60,222 bases of DNA from a bacterium (GTDB taxonomy: Bacteria; Margulisbacteria; WOR-1; O2-12-FULL-45-9; XYB2-FULL-48-7), in contig JBDRLW010000029.1 in the NCBI GenBank assembly GCA_043812655.1, positions 1 to 60,222 of the forward strand. Reading direction: 5' to 3'. The notes below the pieces were generated by a model. That model made no database searches and was not told the origin of the DNA. It worked only from the letters and a program-made list of their open reading frames with translations. A program made the translations under genes and the position numbers. This document shows, in pieces, positions 39,000 through 48,556 of this stretch (its first letter is position 1; every line of letters begins with the position of its first letter).

Positions 39000-39951
39000 A
39001 ATTCTTCCTATACCAATCAATGGTTTTAGCAATTCCTGTCCTTATATCTGTTTTTGGTTTAAAACCTAAAAGTTCTTCGGCTTTGGTTGTGTCAATTAAC
39101 CTAACTGGGATCATTGACGGTTTGGATTGGTCATATTCAACTTTTACTTCTTTATAACCGTCAATTTCTAAGGCCATTTGCAGGATTTTTTTTATTGAAT
39201 AGCCTTTACCAAAACCGATATTTATTGGGTCATAAGTATTGATTTTTTCTGTGGCGAGGATTACCGCCTCTATGAAATCATCGATATAGATCAGATCCCT
39301 AATGTCTTCTCCTGTTCCCCAAACTTTAATGGGGGCTTGCCGTTCAATTACTTTCCTTAAAGTGGCTGCCATCACGTGAGAAGCAGCAGGGTCAAACTTA
39401 TCGTGGGACCCATAAATGTTTGAGGGTCTTATAACTACTGTTGGCATGGTCTCTTTTAATTTTAGCGAATATAGTTTACACAATAATTCGGTATATCTCT
39501 TCATCCAGCCAACCCCATAATATGTTTCATAAGGATCACCGTCAAACATTTCCTCTTCCTTCACCGGTCGATCACCGGTCGGCGGATAAGCCGCGTTACT
39601 GCTTAGCCAAATAAATTTTTTGACTTTGGCAAAATAAGCGGCCTCTAATATTTGCGCGTTCATGACTATATTAGGAGTAACGTGGACTAGCGGGGTCGCC
39701 GCCATAACCGCCGCACCGGCCGTACTGGCCGCGCACATAAAAACATAATCGATACCTTCGACCACTTTTTGGCAATCAGCAGGGTTAAGCAGATCGCATT
39801 TAACATATGCGATCGTTTCATTTAAGACTACCGGCTCTTTCCTGTGTAAAGTCGCCCTAACTATTGCCCCTTCCGCCAGCAACCTTTTTATCAGATTAAT
39901 ACCGATAAAGCCTGTACCTCCAGCCACCAGGACTTTTTTCCCTTTAAACAT
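38986..39951 (-). CDS. NAD(P)-dependent epimerase/reductase (GDP-L-fucose synthase-like)
   Basis: GGTGFIG, RPSNIYG, DKFD, SHV, VWGTG, GFGKGYSI. Confidence 0.85.
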   Translation of the reverse strand: MFKGKKVLVAGGTGFIGINLIKRLLAEGAIVRATLHRKEPVVLNETIAYVKCDLLNPADCQKVVEGIDYVFMCAASTAGAAVMAATPLVHVTPNIVMNAQILEAAYFAKVKKFIWLSSNAAYPPTGDRPVKEEEMFDGDPYETYYGVGWMKRYTELLCKLYSLKLKETMPTVVIRPSNIYGSHDKFDPAASHVMAATLRKVIERQAPIKVWGTGEDIRDLIYIDDFIEAVILATEKINTYDPINIGFGKGYSIKKILQMALEIDGYKEVKVEYDQSKPSMIPVRLIDTTKAEELLGFKPKTDIRTGIAKTIDWYRKNYAGS

Positions 39952-40459
39952 AATACCCCGCTTCATCCCTCGGCGATAAGATCGGATCCTTAATCGGCCA
40001 CCATATATTAAATTTAGGGTCATTCCATCTTATCGTGAATTGCCTTGAAGGGTCATAATACGAGGATTGTTTATAATGGAAGATCGACTTTTTGCTCAAA
40101 CATTGGTGTCCGTTCCCATGTTTGGGCGGAACTAGCACTTGATACTTATTCACTTCAGATAAAGTAAAGGCCTCCCATTTACCAAATTCTTTTGATGTCT
40201 CGTCATTATTAACAACAACAAGATAAAATTTGCCGTGCAAGCAAGAGATCAATTTCCAAGTAATTTGATCGCCATGAACACCTTTAATCACTCCTCTTGA
40301 TGCGGTAGAAACATCCTCTTCAATAAAATCAACCGTTATTCCCTTTTCTTTATACAACTTCTCATTATATATTTCGAGATATTCTCCCCGATGATCCTCA
40401 TAAAACGTCGGTTTGATCAACAAAACTCCTTCTAATTTTGTCTTGCACACTTCTATCAT
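39944..40459 (-). CDS. RmlC-like NDP-4-keto-6-deoxyhexose 3,5-epimerase (cupin)
   Basis: DHRG, GVIKGVHGD, VPPKHGNGH, YKQS, WNDP...WP..DPILS. Confidence 0.88.
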   Translation of the reverse strand: MIEVCKTKLEGVLLIKPTFYEDHRGEYLEIYNEKLYKEKGITVDFIEEDVSTASRGVIKGVHGDQITWKLISCLHGKFYLVVVNNDETSKEFGKWEAFTLSEVNKYQVLVPPKHGNGHQCLSKKSIFHYKQSSYYDPSRQFTIRWNDPKFNIWWPIKDPILSPRDEAGYYV

Positions 40460-41455
40460 CTAATTCTCCTTTTCAGCAAAATAATTTTTTCTGTTTAAAT
40501 ATTCAATTTGATTATTCATGAACCAATCCCAGGTTTTTTTCAAGCCATCCAATAAAGAGGTGGTTGGAGAATAATCGATCATTTTTTTAGCCAAAGAAAT
40601 GTCCATTACTCTTTTGGGGAAACCAGAAGGCTTGGTTGAATCGAATTGATAGTTAAAATCGAGGAATTGTTTTAGAGTTTCAACCAATGCTCTAATAGTT
40701 ACCCCTTGACCACTCCCCAAATTCACAAAATCAGACTTTGTTCCATGATATAAAGCCAGGATCACGCCTTCCGCCACATCATGGCTATAAGCAAAATCAC
40801 GGACCGCCGTCCCATCACCCCAAATAACGACCGGGTCTTCTTTTTTGAATATCCTATACATCAAGGTTGGAATTACCATGGCATTGTTTGGATCAAAATT
40901 GTCTCCAGGACCATAAACATTGCATGGTCTGACTACTGCAAAGCTATCTAATCCATATTGGATCTTATAAGCCTGGATTTGAAGCTCGGCCATCCGTTTG
41001 GCCCACCCTGGGAACATATCCATTGGCGCGCCTTCACGGTTCTCAGATTCTTTAAAAACTTCGGCGCTGGAATATGCGCCAATTGAACTGGTATAAACTA
41101 ATTTTTTAACCTTATTTATCCGACTGGCTTCAAGTACGTTCATATTAAACATCAATAATGGGACAAAAAAGCTGGCTGGCTTTGATTTTGTAACTTCTAT
41201 CGATCCTTTTATCCCCGCCAAGTGAAAAACATAGTCAATCCCTTTGGTAATTTCTCTACAAAAAGCGTAATCGGTTAAATCACCATAAAGATGTTTAGCC
41301 TTTTTATTAACTTCGATCTTATCCAAAGAGACGGAAATGACGTTAGCTCCAGCCTCGCATAGAATATCAACAACCTCGCGACCGATCAGACCCGTCCCAC
41401 CCGTAACTAGACAATTTTTCTGGGTAAAATTTTTTAAAACTTCATTTTTTATCAT
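40460..41455 (-). CDS. NAD(P)-dependent epimerase/reductase (GDP-L-fucose synthase-like)
   Basis: TGGTGLIG, FHLAG, RPCNVYGPGDNFD, WGDGTAVRDF. Confidence 0.87.
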   Translation of the reverse strand: MIKNEVLKNFTQKNCLVTGGTGLIGREVVDILCEAGANVISVSLDKIEVNKKAKHLYGDLTDYAFCREITKGIDYVFHLAGIKGSIEVTKSKPASFFVPLLMFNMNVLEASRINKVKKLVYTSSIGAYSSAEVFKESENREGAPMDMFPGWAKRMAELQIQAYKIQYGLDSFAVVRPCNVYGPGDNFDPNNAMVIPTLMYRIFKKEDPVVIWGDGTAVRDFAYSHDVAEGVILALYHGTKSDFVNLGSGQGVTIRALVETLKQFLDFNYQFDSTKPSGFPKRVMDISLAKKMIDYSPTTSLLDGLKKTWDWFMNNQIEYLNRKNYFAEKEN

Positions 41456-41993
41456 GTTGATGATTTATCGCCAGAGAGATCGCCATCACCGCTCCCATGG
41501 CTACAACCTGGCCGGAAAATACCGCACTCAATGCTTTGCTTGGTTCCATTAATACGATTTCCATCTCTTCTAATTCATTTTCACCTATTGTTTCTTTTAC
41601 TTTTACAATATCCTTGGCAATAAATAAATGCGCCTTGCCGCATCCATAATTAGCGCTACCAACAAAACAACCTAAAGATTCCCAACTATTTGATTCATAA
41701 CCTGTTTCCTCAAACAGCTCTCTTTTGGCGGCCAGTAATGGCTCTTCTCCCTTTTCTATCGCCCCACCAGGAAGCAGTAAACTTACCTCCCCAATCCCTT
41801 GCCGATATTGGCGAGTAATGACCATTTGTCCTTCGGCGGTATACGCGACAATAACCGCGTAATCCAACAATTTTATTTGATAATAATCGTCAACTACTTT
41901 CCCACCAGGAAGCTTGACTTTTTGCACCGAAACATTGATCCAAGGCTCGGCAGAAAAGACCTCTTTCTTATTAATAAGCTTCCACCTCTCCAT
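41442..41993 (-). CDS. NUDIX hydrolase (ADP-ribose/NDP-sugar pyrophosphatase-like)
   Basis: Nudix box PGGAIEKGEEPLLAAKRELFEETGY. Confidence 0.92.
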   Translation of the reverse strand: MERWKLINKKEVFSAEPWINVSVQKVKLPGGKVVDDYYQIKLLDYAVIVAYTAEGQMVITRQYRQGIGEVSLLLPGGAIEKGEEPLLAAKRELFEETGYESNSWESLGCFVGSANYGCGKAHLFIAKDIVKVKETIGENELEEMEIVLMEPSKALSAVFSGQVVAMGAVMAISLAINHQHDKK

Positions 41994-42010
41994 AATTTTT
42001 CGCCTTTTTA

Positions 42011-42766
42011 TTACTCAACCACAAAATATGACACTCTTGAAGCATAACGGTATCGTTTTAATTTTATATTATTAAGCCCAAATGTCTCCATTAGGGCCAC
42101 TGTCTCGCCCGGCGAATCGGGATCATTCAACTCATCAAACCCAATAACACTCCCTTTAACAAGATGCGGCTTAATCGCCTCTAAACATTTCTTTGTCGGC
42201 TCATAAATATCGAAATCAAAATAGGCTAAAGCCATTATAGTGTGGGGATTATTCTTTAAGTATTTTTCTACCATAACAACCGCGTCACCTTTAATAATTT
42301 CATATTTTTTAATGTGTGACAGGGGGTTATCTTGCTCCTGCAGGCTCATTATTTTTTCTAAATAATCATCATAATTTCTTGTAACGGCCACATTGCCTGT
42401 TCTCATCAGATCAGATTTACCATCTTTTTTCGAAATACTTGGAAAGCCAGAAAAAGTATCAAAGCCAACAATTTTTCTGTGCCGATTAAATGGCTCATAA
42501 ATCCCCCTTAAAGCGGAAAAAAGCGAAAGATTTTGCCCCCATCTAGTCCCAAGATCAAAAACGACGCCTTGAACATCTATAATTTGGCTATATATGTGTT
42601 GCATAAATAAAATGCGAGCTAAGGTCTTTGAATTTAAAAATATCCCTAAATTAGAAAGAAGCTGGTCCTCCGGTATTGGACAATCATTAAAATGTTTAAG
42701 AACCTGGCTTCTAATTAAATCTTCTTTCTCGTTGCTATAACTTTTAACCCCTATTTTGTTTTTCAT
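42011..42766 (-). CDS. TylF/MycF-like sugar O-methyltransferase
   Basis: VFDLGTRWG, GFDTFSGFP, KGD, FDFDIYEPT, GFDE, PGET. Confidence 0.75.
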   Translation of the reverse strand: MKNKIGVKSYSNEKEDLIRSQVLKHFNDCPIPEDQLLSNLGIFLNSKTLARILFMQHIYSQIIDVQGVVFDLGTRWGQNLSLFSALRGIYEPFNRHRKIVGFDTFSGFPSISKKDGKSDLMRTGNVAVTRNYDDYLEKIMSLQEQDNPLSHIKKYEIIKGDAVVMVEKYLKNNPHTIMALAYFDFDIYEPTKKCLEAIKPHLVKGSVIGFDELNDPDSPGETVALMETFGLNNIKLKRYRYASRVSYFVVE

Positions 42767-42781
42767 TATGCCCTCCTTTTT

Positions 42782-43891
42782 TTACTCGTCCAAGCCCTTA
42801 TCTCTAATATAGGCGGGAATTGGCCTATTGCCATAAGCTATAACCCAGGCCCAGTATCTGATCCTGCCTTCAACCAAAGCATAATCATATTTCCCGGACT
42901 TGTCTTTCGATCTGACTAGTCTAACAGGCTTTATTATGTTTTCTTTAATAATGCTTTTTGATAAAACGCTTGGACTTGGCACAAAACCCATTTTATTTTT
43001 TTTGGCATCATCAATTGTCTGATATACAGCTTTATTTCCCTCCCCTTTAAGGCTAACAAGTATCTTCTCTGGAGCAATAAACATGATCTGACGATCAAAG
43101 GCTTTGTCGATCATTTGAATATCTTCCTTTTCCAGATCAAAGGCGGCGGCGGCCGCGTTTTCTTTGAGATGCTTGATGTTCTTAGCTTTTGGGATAACGA
43201 CTACTGTTTTTTTCTCGATCAGCCATCTTAAAGCCACTTGGGCAGGGGTTTTTTGATGTTTTTTCGCGATTTCATTCATGGTTCTTATTTGTTCTAGGCC
43301 ATCCCCTATCCTGCCTTTATCAAGTGGGCTGTAGGCCAGAATAAAAATATTACATTCTAAACAAAAAGGAATAATTTCACTTTCAATTGTACGGTCAAAA
43401 AGATTATATTCGATTTGCAATGAGCTGATACTTTTAACTAGATTTCGAGCTTCTTTCAACTCTCGTAAAAACATATTCCCCAAACCAATGTAACAAACTT
43501 TCCCTGTTTTTATTAAGTGTTCCATCGCTGAAAGGGTTTCGTCTAAAGAAACGGATGGATTAGGCCAATGCATTTGATATAGATCTATACGATCAGTTTG
43601 TAGACGCCGCAAACTGCCTTCTACGGCATTAATAACAGAGTCGTAAGAATTGTGAAGTGGGGAATATTTTGTCGCGATTATAACGTTATCTCTTATCCCT
43701 TTAATAGCCTTGCCAACGATCTCTTCGGATCTTCCATTGTCATATTCTTCCGCCGTATCTATCAAGTTCATGCCCAAGTCAATTCCCGCACGAAGAGTGT
43801 TAATTTGAGATTCATCCCACTTATATTCACCCATACCTTGACCAATAGCGGGCAACTTTATGTTCTTTTCATCTAATTGCTTAATAATCAT
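42782..43891 (-). CDS. Aldo/keto reductase with C-terminal ParB/Srx-like extension
   Basis: IDTAEEY, SEEIVG, IATK, DLYQMHWP, AYSPL, IPKA; tail SKSI...KPVRL...YALVEGRIRYWA. Confidence 0.85.
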   Translation of the reverse strand: MIIKQLDEKNIKLPAIGQGMGEYKWDESQINTLRAGIDLGMNLIDTAEEYDNGRSEEIVGKAIKGIRDNVIIATKYSPLHNSYDSVINAVEGSLRRLQTDRIDLYQMHWPNPSVSLDETLSAMEHLIKTGKVCYIGLGNMFLRELKEARNLVKSISSLQIEYNLFDRTIESEIIPFCLECNIFILAYSPLDKGRIGDGLEQIRTMNEIAKKHQKTPAQVALRWLIEKKTVVVIPKAKNIKHLKENAAAAAFDLEKEDIQMIDKAFDRQIMFIAPEKILVSLKGEGNKAVYQTIDDAKKNKMGFVPSPSVLSKSIIKENIIKPVRLVRSKDKSGKYDYALVEGRIRYWAWVIAYGNRPIPAYIRDKGLDE

Positions 43892-44826
43892 TTTTTAGCG
43901 ACATCCTTAACGATCTTAATAAGACTTTGTTTGTTTACGTTATAAAGATCATGCAACCACTCTCTTGTCCCATAATCGAAGCATTGCCTATCTTTTAAGG
44001 CAATTCGTTTTAATTGTATATTCGCCCAATTATCAATTAATATTTCGCTTATAATCGTTCCCAAGCCTCCAACTATTGAGTTTTCTTCAAAACTAATTAA
44101 TTGTTTGGAGGCGGCAATAGTATTTAAGAATAATTCCTTATTAATAGGTTTTAGTCTAAATACATCGATAATTCCAATGTTTATAAACTCTTTCTTAAGC
44201 TCTCCCGCCGCTTTTATAGACACATGGGTCATAAACCCAGTACTTAAAACATTCACATCCGAAACAGCCTTTAAAACTTTATAACCAGAAGCACAATCGG
44301 TTTTGCTACTGTAAAGCCTATTAAAAACCCCCTTATCAAGCCTTACATAAGCAGGGGCACCGGATTCATATGCAATCTGTGCAGAAGCAGCGGCCGAACA
44401 ATCATCAATTGGGTTGAATATTGTAATTTCCGGGAGTATGCGCATAATAGCTATATCATCTATTGCATGATGAGTGGCCCCATCATTTCCAAAAGAAAGA
44501 CCAGCGCCTGCTCCAATGATCGTAACCGGCAAGTTCATACTGCAGATATTAACCTTAATATGTTCTAAACAACGCAAAGTAATAAAGGGGATAATCGCAT
44601 AAATAAACACTCTTTTGCCGCTTAAAGCTAGACCGGCCGCAACCGTCACCATATTCTGTTCTGCGACACCAACATTAATAAATTGATCAGGAAAATCTTT
44701 TTTAAATTTCCTAAGACTAAAAGCGTCCGCATCTGCAGTTATAAAAACAACATCCTTATCTTTTGCGGCAATATTGTATATTTGATCAAAAAACGCGTCT
44801 CTAATATCTACAGTTTGCTTTATCAT
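43888..44826 (-). CDS. Transketolase C-terminal subunit
   Basis: IRDAF, NVGVAEQN, GATHH, YVRLDKG. Confidence 0.9.
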   Translation of the reverse strand: MIKQTVDIRDAFFDQIYNIAAKDKDVVFITADADAFSLRKFKKDFPDQFINVGVAEQNMVTVAAGLALSGKRVFIYAIIPFITLRCLEHIKVNICSMNLPVTIIGAGAGLSFGNDGATHHAIDDIAIMRILPEITIFNPIDDCSAAASAQIAYESGAPAYVRLDKGVFNRLYSSKTDCASGYKVLKAVSDVNVLSTGFMTHVSIKAAGELKKEFINIGIIDVFRLKPINKELFLNTIAASKQLISFEENSIVGGLGTIISEILIDNWANIQLKRIALKDRQCFDYGTREWLHDLYNVNKQSLIKIVKDVAKK

Positions 44827-44835
44827 GATACAAAT

Positions 44836-45645
44836 TTATATTAATTCCTTTCTTGCCAATTTCAGCTCATCTTTTGTCGGCACTGAATGGTGCCACTTTA
44901 AACCATTTTCCATAAATGAAACGCCTTTGCCCTTGATCGTATCAGCAATTACCATTAAAGGTCTTTTAAGTTTACCAATGCCCTTAAAAACAGCCAAGCT
45001 CTCTTCAAAAGAATGTCCATTAATGTTTTTAACTTCCCAGCCGCAAGCCTTAAGCTTATCTTCTAATCTGCCTGAACCATTTTCTTCCTCAACTGAAGCT
45101 GTAACCCCAAGACGATTACGATCAATAATACCCACGAAATTATTCAAATTCAGCTGGCTAATGAACATAATAGATTCCCAGATCGAACCTTCCGAACACT
45201 CTCCATCCCCAACCAATACAAACACCTTATATTTTTTTTTATCCATCTTGGCTGCTAGCGCTATGCCGGCGCCAATCCCTAAGGCATGCCCAAGCGAACC
45301 CGTATTATATTCCACTCCGGGAGTATCAAGATTAAGCTGTCCCCCCAAACTCGCCCCATTCTGCCCGTAGCTATCAAGCCTTTTCTTCTCCAATATGCCC
45401 AAATCCACCCAAATATGATAAAGCGCCAGACAGGCATGGCCCTTACCAATAATAAAGCGATCTCTTCCTTCCCATTTTTGATTTTTATTGTCAATTTTGA
45501 GAATATCGCCATAATACAAAGCGACCAAAATATCCATACAAGAAAAAGTCCCACCAATATGACCCTTACCAGTGCGAGCGATTGTCTCTAACACTTCTTT
45601 TCTTACCCTTTTAGCTTTATTTCTTAATTTATCTATATTAAACAT
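44836..45645 (-). CDS. Transketolase N-terminal subunit
   Basis: GHIGG, RDRFIIGKGH, TGSLGH, GDGECSEGSIWE, TIKGKG, WHH. Confidence 0.92.
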   Translation of the reverse strand: MFNIDKLRNKAKRVRKEVLETIARTGKGHIGGTFSCMDILVALYYGDILKIDNKNQKWEGRDRFIIGKGHACLALYHIWVDLGILEKKRLDSYGQNGASLGGQLNLDTPGVEYNTGSLGHALGIGAGIALAAKMDKKKYKVFVLVGDGECSEGSIWESIMFISQLNLNNFVGIIDRNRLGVTASVEEENGSGRLEDKLKACGWEVKNINGHSFEESLAVFKGIGKLKRPLMVIADTIKGKGVSFMENGLKWHHSVPTKDELKLARKELI

Positions 45646-45664
45646 CTGAATCGTTATCTTCTGG

Positions 45665-47353
45665 TTAAGCTTTGATTGGCTCTATGATTTTTTGCTTGTT
45701 ATCACAAACAACTTCCACAAAAGCTGGCCCTTTTTGCTTCATTATCTGGAACACTTTTTCATCAATTTCTTCTTGTTTCTCAATCAGAAAATAAGGTAAG
45801 TCAAAGGCTTCAGCGATTTTCTTAAAATCGAGCAGTTCTTCACAGTTAGCCTGGTCTGAATTGATGTACCGGCCATCGCATAGTTTATCTTGAGTATTTC
45901 TGATCGAAACATAACCGCCATTGTTAATTACAAACAATTTTATCTCAAGATCATAATAGGACATGGTTTTTAATTCTTGAATATTCAATTCTAAAGAACC
46001 ATCACCCGTAATCGCTAAAACCTGGGCGTTTTTATTAGCAAAACAACATCCAATCGCCAGGGAGATCGATAATCCCATGGAAGCAAAAGCGCCTGAAGTT
46101 ATTTCCCGTTGGCCCTTTTCAAAAGTCAAAGCCTGACCAGCAACATAATAGGAAGACCCAGCATCACTGACAAAAATGTTCTTTTCAGAAGAAAGAGCAT
46201 CTAAGCGACTAACAAAATAATACAGGTCTATTGGATCCTTCTTTTGTTCCTGGGATGTTAATGGATATTTATTTTTATATTCTTGGCAAACAGATAGCCA
46301 ATTCTTATAATCTTGCAGGCGCGCATTCTTTAACTTATTCGATAAGCCGACAATAAATAATTTTGCGTCAATTTTTATTGGTAGATCAATTTTGATGGCC
46401 GGCTTAGCAAGCTCCGCCTCATCAATGTCAACCATTACAACCTTGGCTGTATCTGAAAACACATCAAGCTTTTCTCCAACAAATGGAACCGCCAGGCGGC
46501 TCCCAATACTTATAATTAGATCGCTTTCTTCCATGATCTTACCGGTAAAACGCAAACCTTTAGTCCCTCCATGGCCAAAATTATTTTTATATGAAAAAGG
46601 CAAAATGTCTTGCCCAAGCCTAGAAAATATTACAGGAACACTTAATAATTCAACCAAAGACTTGAATTCAGGAATCGCCCTGGAAATCCTTATTCCTTGA
46701 CCTGCAATAATAAGAGGCTTCTTCGCATTTTGTAAAAGTTTCAATACCTTATTAATTAATGTGTCAAGATCAAGACTAATTTGCTTTTCCTCTGGCACAA
46801 AACAACGAAGCTTGCTTTCATCAACCATCGCTGATTGAATATCCAAAGGAATGTCCAACCAGACCGGCCCCGGTCGGCCGGACTTTGCAAGATAAATCGC
46901 TTTTTCCAAATGATATCTAATAGAATCTGGATCATTTATCATCTCTGCGTACTTTGTTATTGATCTCACAATCTCAATTATATTTATCTCTTGCGTGCCA
47001 AAATTCCTTAAATTTTTGATTTTTGAATTATAGCTAGCATATTTTCTATTGACTTGTCCAGAAATAATAAGTATTGGAGCGGAATCCACCCAAGCTTCAG
47101 CTAATCCAGAAACAGCATTTGCCCCACCCGGCCCAGTGGTAACATAAACAACGCCCAAGTTCTGATTTAGCCTTGAGTAAGCTTCGGCCATCATTGGGGC
47201 TGTCGCCTCATTTCTAACACATACAGGCATAATCTTTTTATTACAGGCTATCCCATCATCTAGATATATAGACCCGCCTCCAGACATCATAAAAACATGC
47301 CTCACTCCTAACTTGGCAATAAAATCAGCAATATAATCTGCTACTCGCATCAC
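45665..47353 (-). CDS. ThDP-dependent enzyme, acetolactate-synthase-like (YerE-like)
   Basis: TTGPGGAN, SGRPGPVWLDIPLD, SMG, GDGS...NNGGY. Confidence 0.9.
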   Translation of the reverse strand: MMRVADYIADFIAKLGVRHVFMMSGGGSIYLDDGIACNKKIMPVCVRNEATAPMMAEAYSRLNQNLGVVYVTTGPGGANAVSGLAEAWVDSAPILIISGQVNRKYASYNSKIKNLRNFGTQEINIIEIVRSITKYAEMINDPDSIRYHLEKAIYLAKSGRPGPVWLDIPLDIQSAMVDESKLRCFVPEEKQISLDLDTLINKVLKLLQNAKKPLIIAGQGIRISRAIPEFKSLVELLSVPVIFSRLGQDILPFSYKNNFGHGGTKGLRFTGKIMEESDLIISIGSRLAVPFVGEKLDVFSDTAKVVMVDIDEAELAKPAIKIDLPIKIDAKLFIVGLSNKLKNARLQDYKNWLSVCQEYKNKYPLTSQEQKKDPIDLYYFVSRLDALSSEKNIFVSDAGSSYYVAGQALTFEKGQREITSGAFASMGLSISLAIGCCFANKNAQVLAITGDGSLELNIQELKTMSYYDLEIKLFVINNGGYVSIRNTQDKLCDGRYINSDQANCEELLDFKKIAEAFDLPYFLIEKQEEIDEKVFQIMKQKGPAFVEVVCDNKQKIIEPIKA

Positions 47354-47365
47354 AATTTCCCTTTA

Positions 47366-48532
47366 CTATAGTTTAGCTATAAAGTGTTCTATTCTTTTTA
47401 AGGCTTCTTTAATCCCTTTTGCATCTATACTGGCATAACACAATCTTATGTTTTTTTTGCCAAAACCACCAAAACAACTTCCCGGAAGAGCACAAACACC
47501 CACTTCTTCTAACAGCTTATTTGAAAATTGGCCATCATTCATTTCTGTTCCCGATATATTTGGAAAAGCATAAAACGCTCCATCCGGGATCAGACAAGAT
47601 ATTCCGGGGATTTGCTTAAGCCCTTTGGTTAAAATATCTCTGCGTAGTCTTAATTCTTGAACCCGATCATGAAGGAACCTTTGGTCTCCCATAATAGCCG
47701 CGATTCCACCCTGTTGAGTAAAGATTGGCAAACAAGAAAGAATTGTTTGCAGCATGAGCCCGAGTTTTTTGATCACTTCTTCTGGGCCAACAGCATACCC
47801 CAATCGCCAACCAGCCATTGAATAAGTTTTTGACAAACTGTTTATTATTATCGTTCTTTCTTTACAAAGGTCTAAAACAGAGGGGGAATAATGTTTTTTT
47901 TCATATATTATTTTCGCGTAAACCTCATCGCTTAAAATATAGAGATCATGTTCTTCGGCAATATTCGCCACTTCTACGATCTCTTCTTGAGTCATTACGG
48001 CCCCTGTCGGGTTTTGGGGAGAATTAAGGATAATTAATCTGGTTTTATCCGTTATTTTCCGTTTTATATCTTGAGGATCCATTCTAAACCCATTTTCTTC
48101 TTTTAATATTATTCCGATTGGCGCAATTCCATTATAATTCAAGACCGAATAGTAAGTAGGAAATCCAGGATCTGGATATATAACTTCTTCGCCATGATCT
48201 ACAACGCAACGAACAACAAAATCAATTAATGCGTTAGCTGGACAAATCATCACTTGATCGACCGAAGGCTCAAAGCCCCAATTTAACTTGGTATAACAAG
48301 ATATTGCCTCTCTAAATTCTAATATTCCCATAGAACTAGAATAATGGGTTAAATCTTCATCGATCGCTTTTTTGGCTGAATTTTTTACATGCTGCGGAGA
48401 GTTAAAATTTGGATCTCCAATTTCAAAATGTAAAATGCTTTTGCCGTTTTTTTCCAGTTCTTTAGCCTTGGCAAGAAAAGCGAACATCGGTTGGCCGATG
48501 AGTCCTTCCGCCGCTTTAGATAATTTTTTCAA
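47366..48532 (-). CDS. PLP-dependent aminotransferase class I/II
   Basis: IGDP, NSPQNPTG, SDEVY, SLSKTYSMAGWRLG; TTG start at 48532 or 48544. Confidence 0.92.
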   Translation of the reverse strand: MKKLSKAAEGLIGQPMFAFLAKAKELEKNGKSILHFEIGDPNFNSPQHVKNSAKKAIDEDLTHYSSSMGILEFREAISCYTKLNWGFEPSVDQVMICPANALIDFVVRCVVDHGEEVIYPDPGFPTYYSVLNYNGIAPIGIILKEENGFRMDPQDIKRKITDKTRLIILNSPQNPTGAVMTQEEIVEVANIAEEHDLYILSDEVYAKIIYEKKHYSPSVLDLCKERTIIINSLSKTYSMAGWRLGYAVGPEEVIKKLGLMLQTILSCLPIFTQQGGIAAIMGDQRFLHDRVQELRLRRDILTKGLKQIPGISCLIPDGAFYAFPNISGTEMNDGQFSNKLLEEVGVCALPGSCFGGFGKKNIRLCYASIDAKGIKEALKRIEHFIAKL

Positions 48533-48556
48533 AATAACCCCCAAACCTTCCGGTTT

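Noticed and set aside
39561..39581. tcaccggtcg direct repeat in the epimerase gene
   Set aside because: Only two short copies, encoding ordinary PTGDRPV; likely chance
37192..45645. Split transketolases as frameshifted pseudogenes
   Set aside because: Each half has its own start and stop, and two-subunit transketolases are an established arrangement
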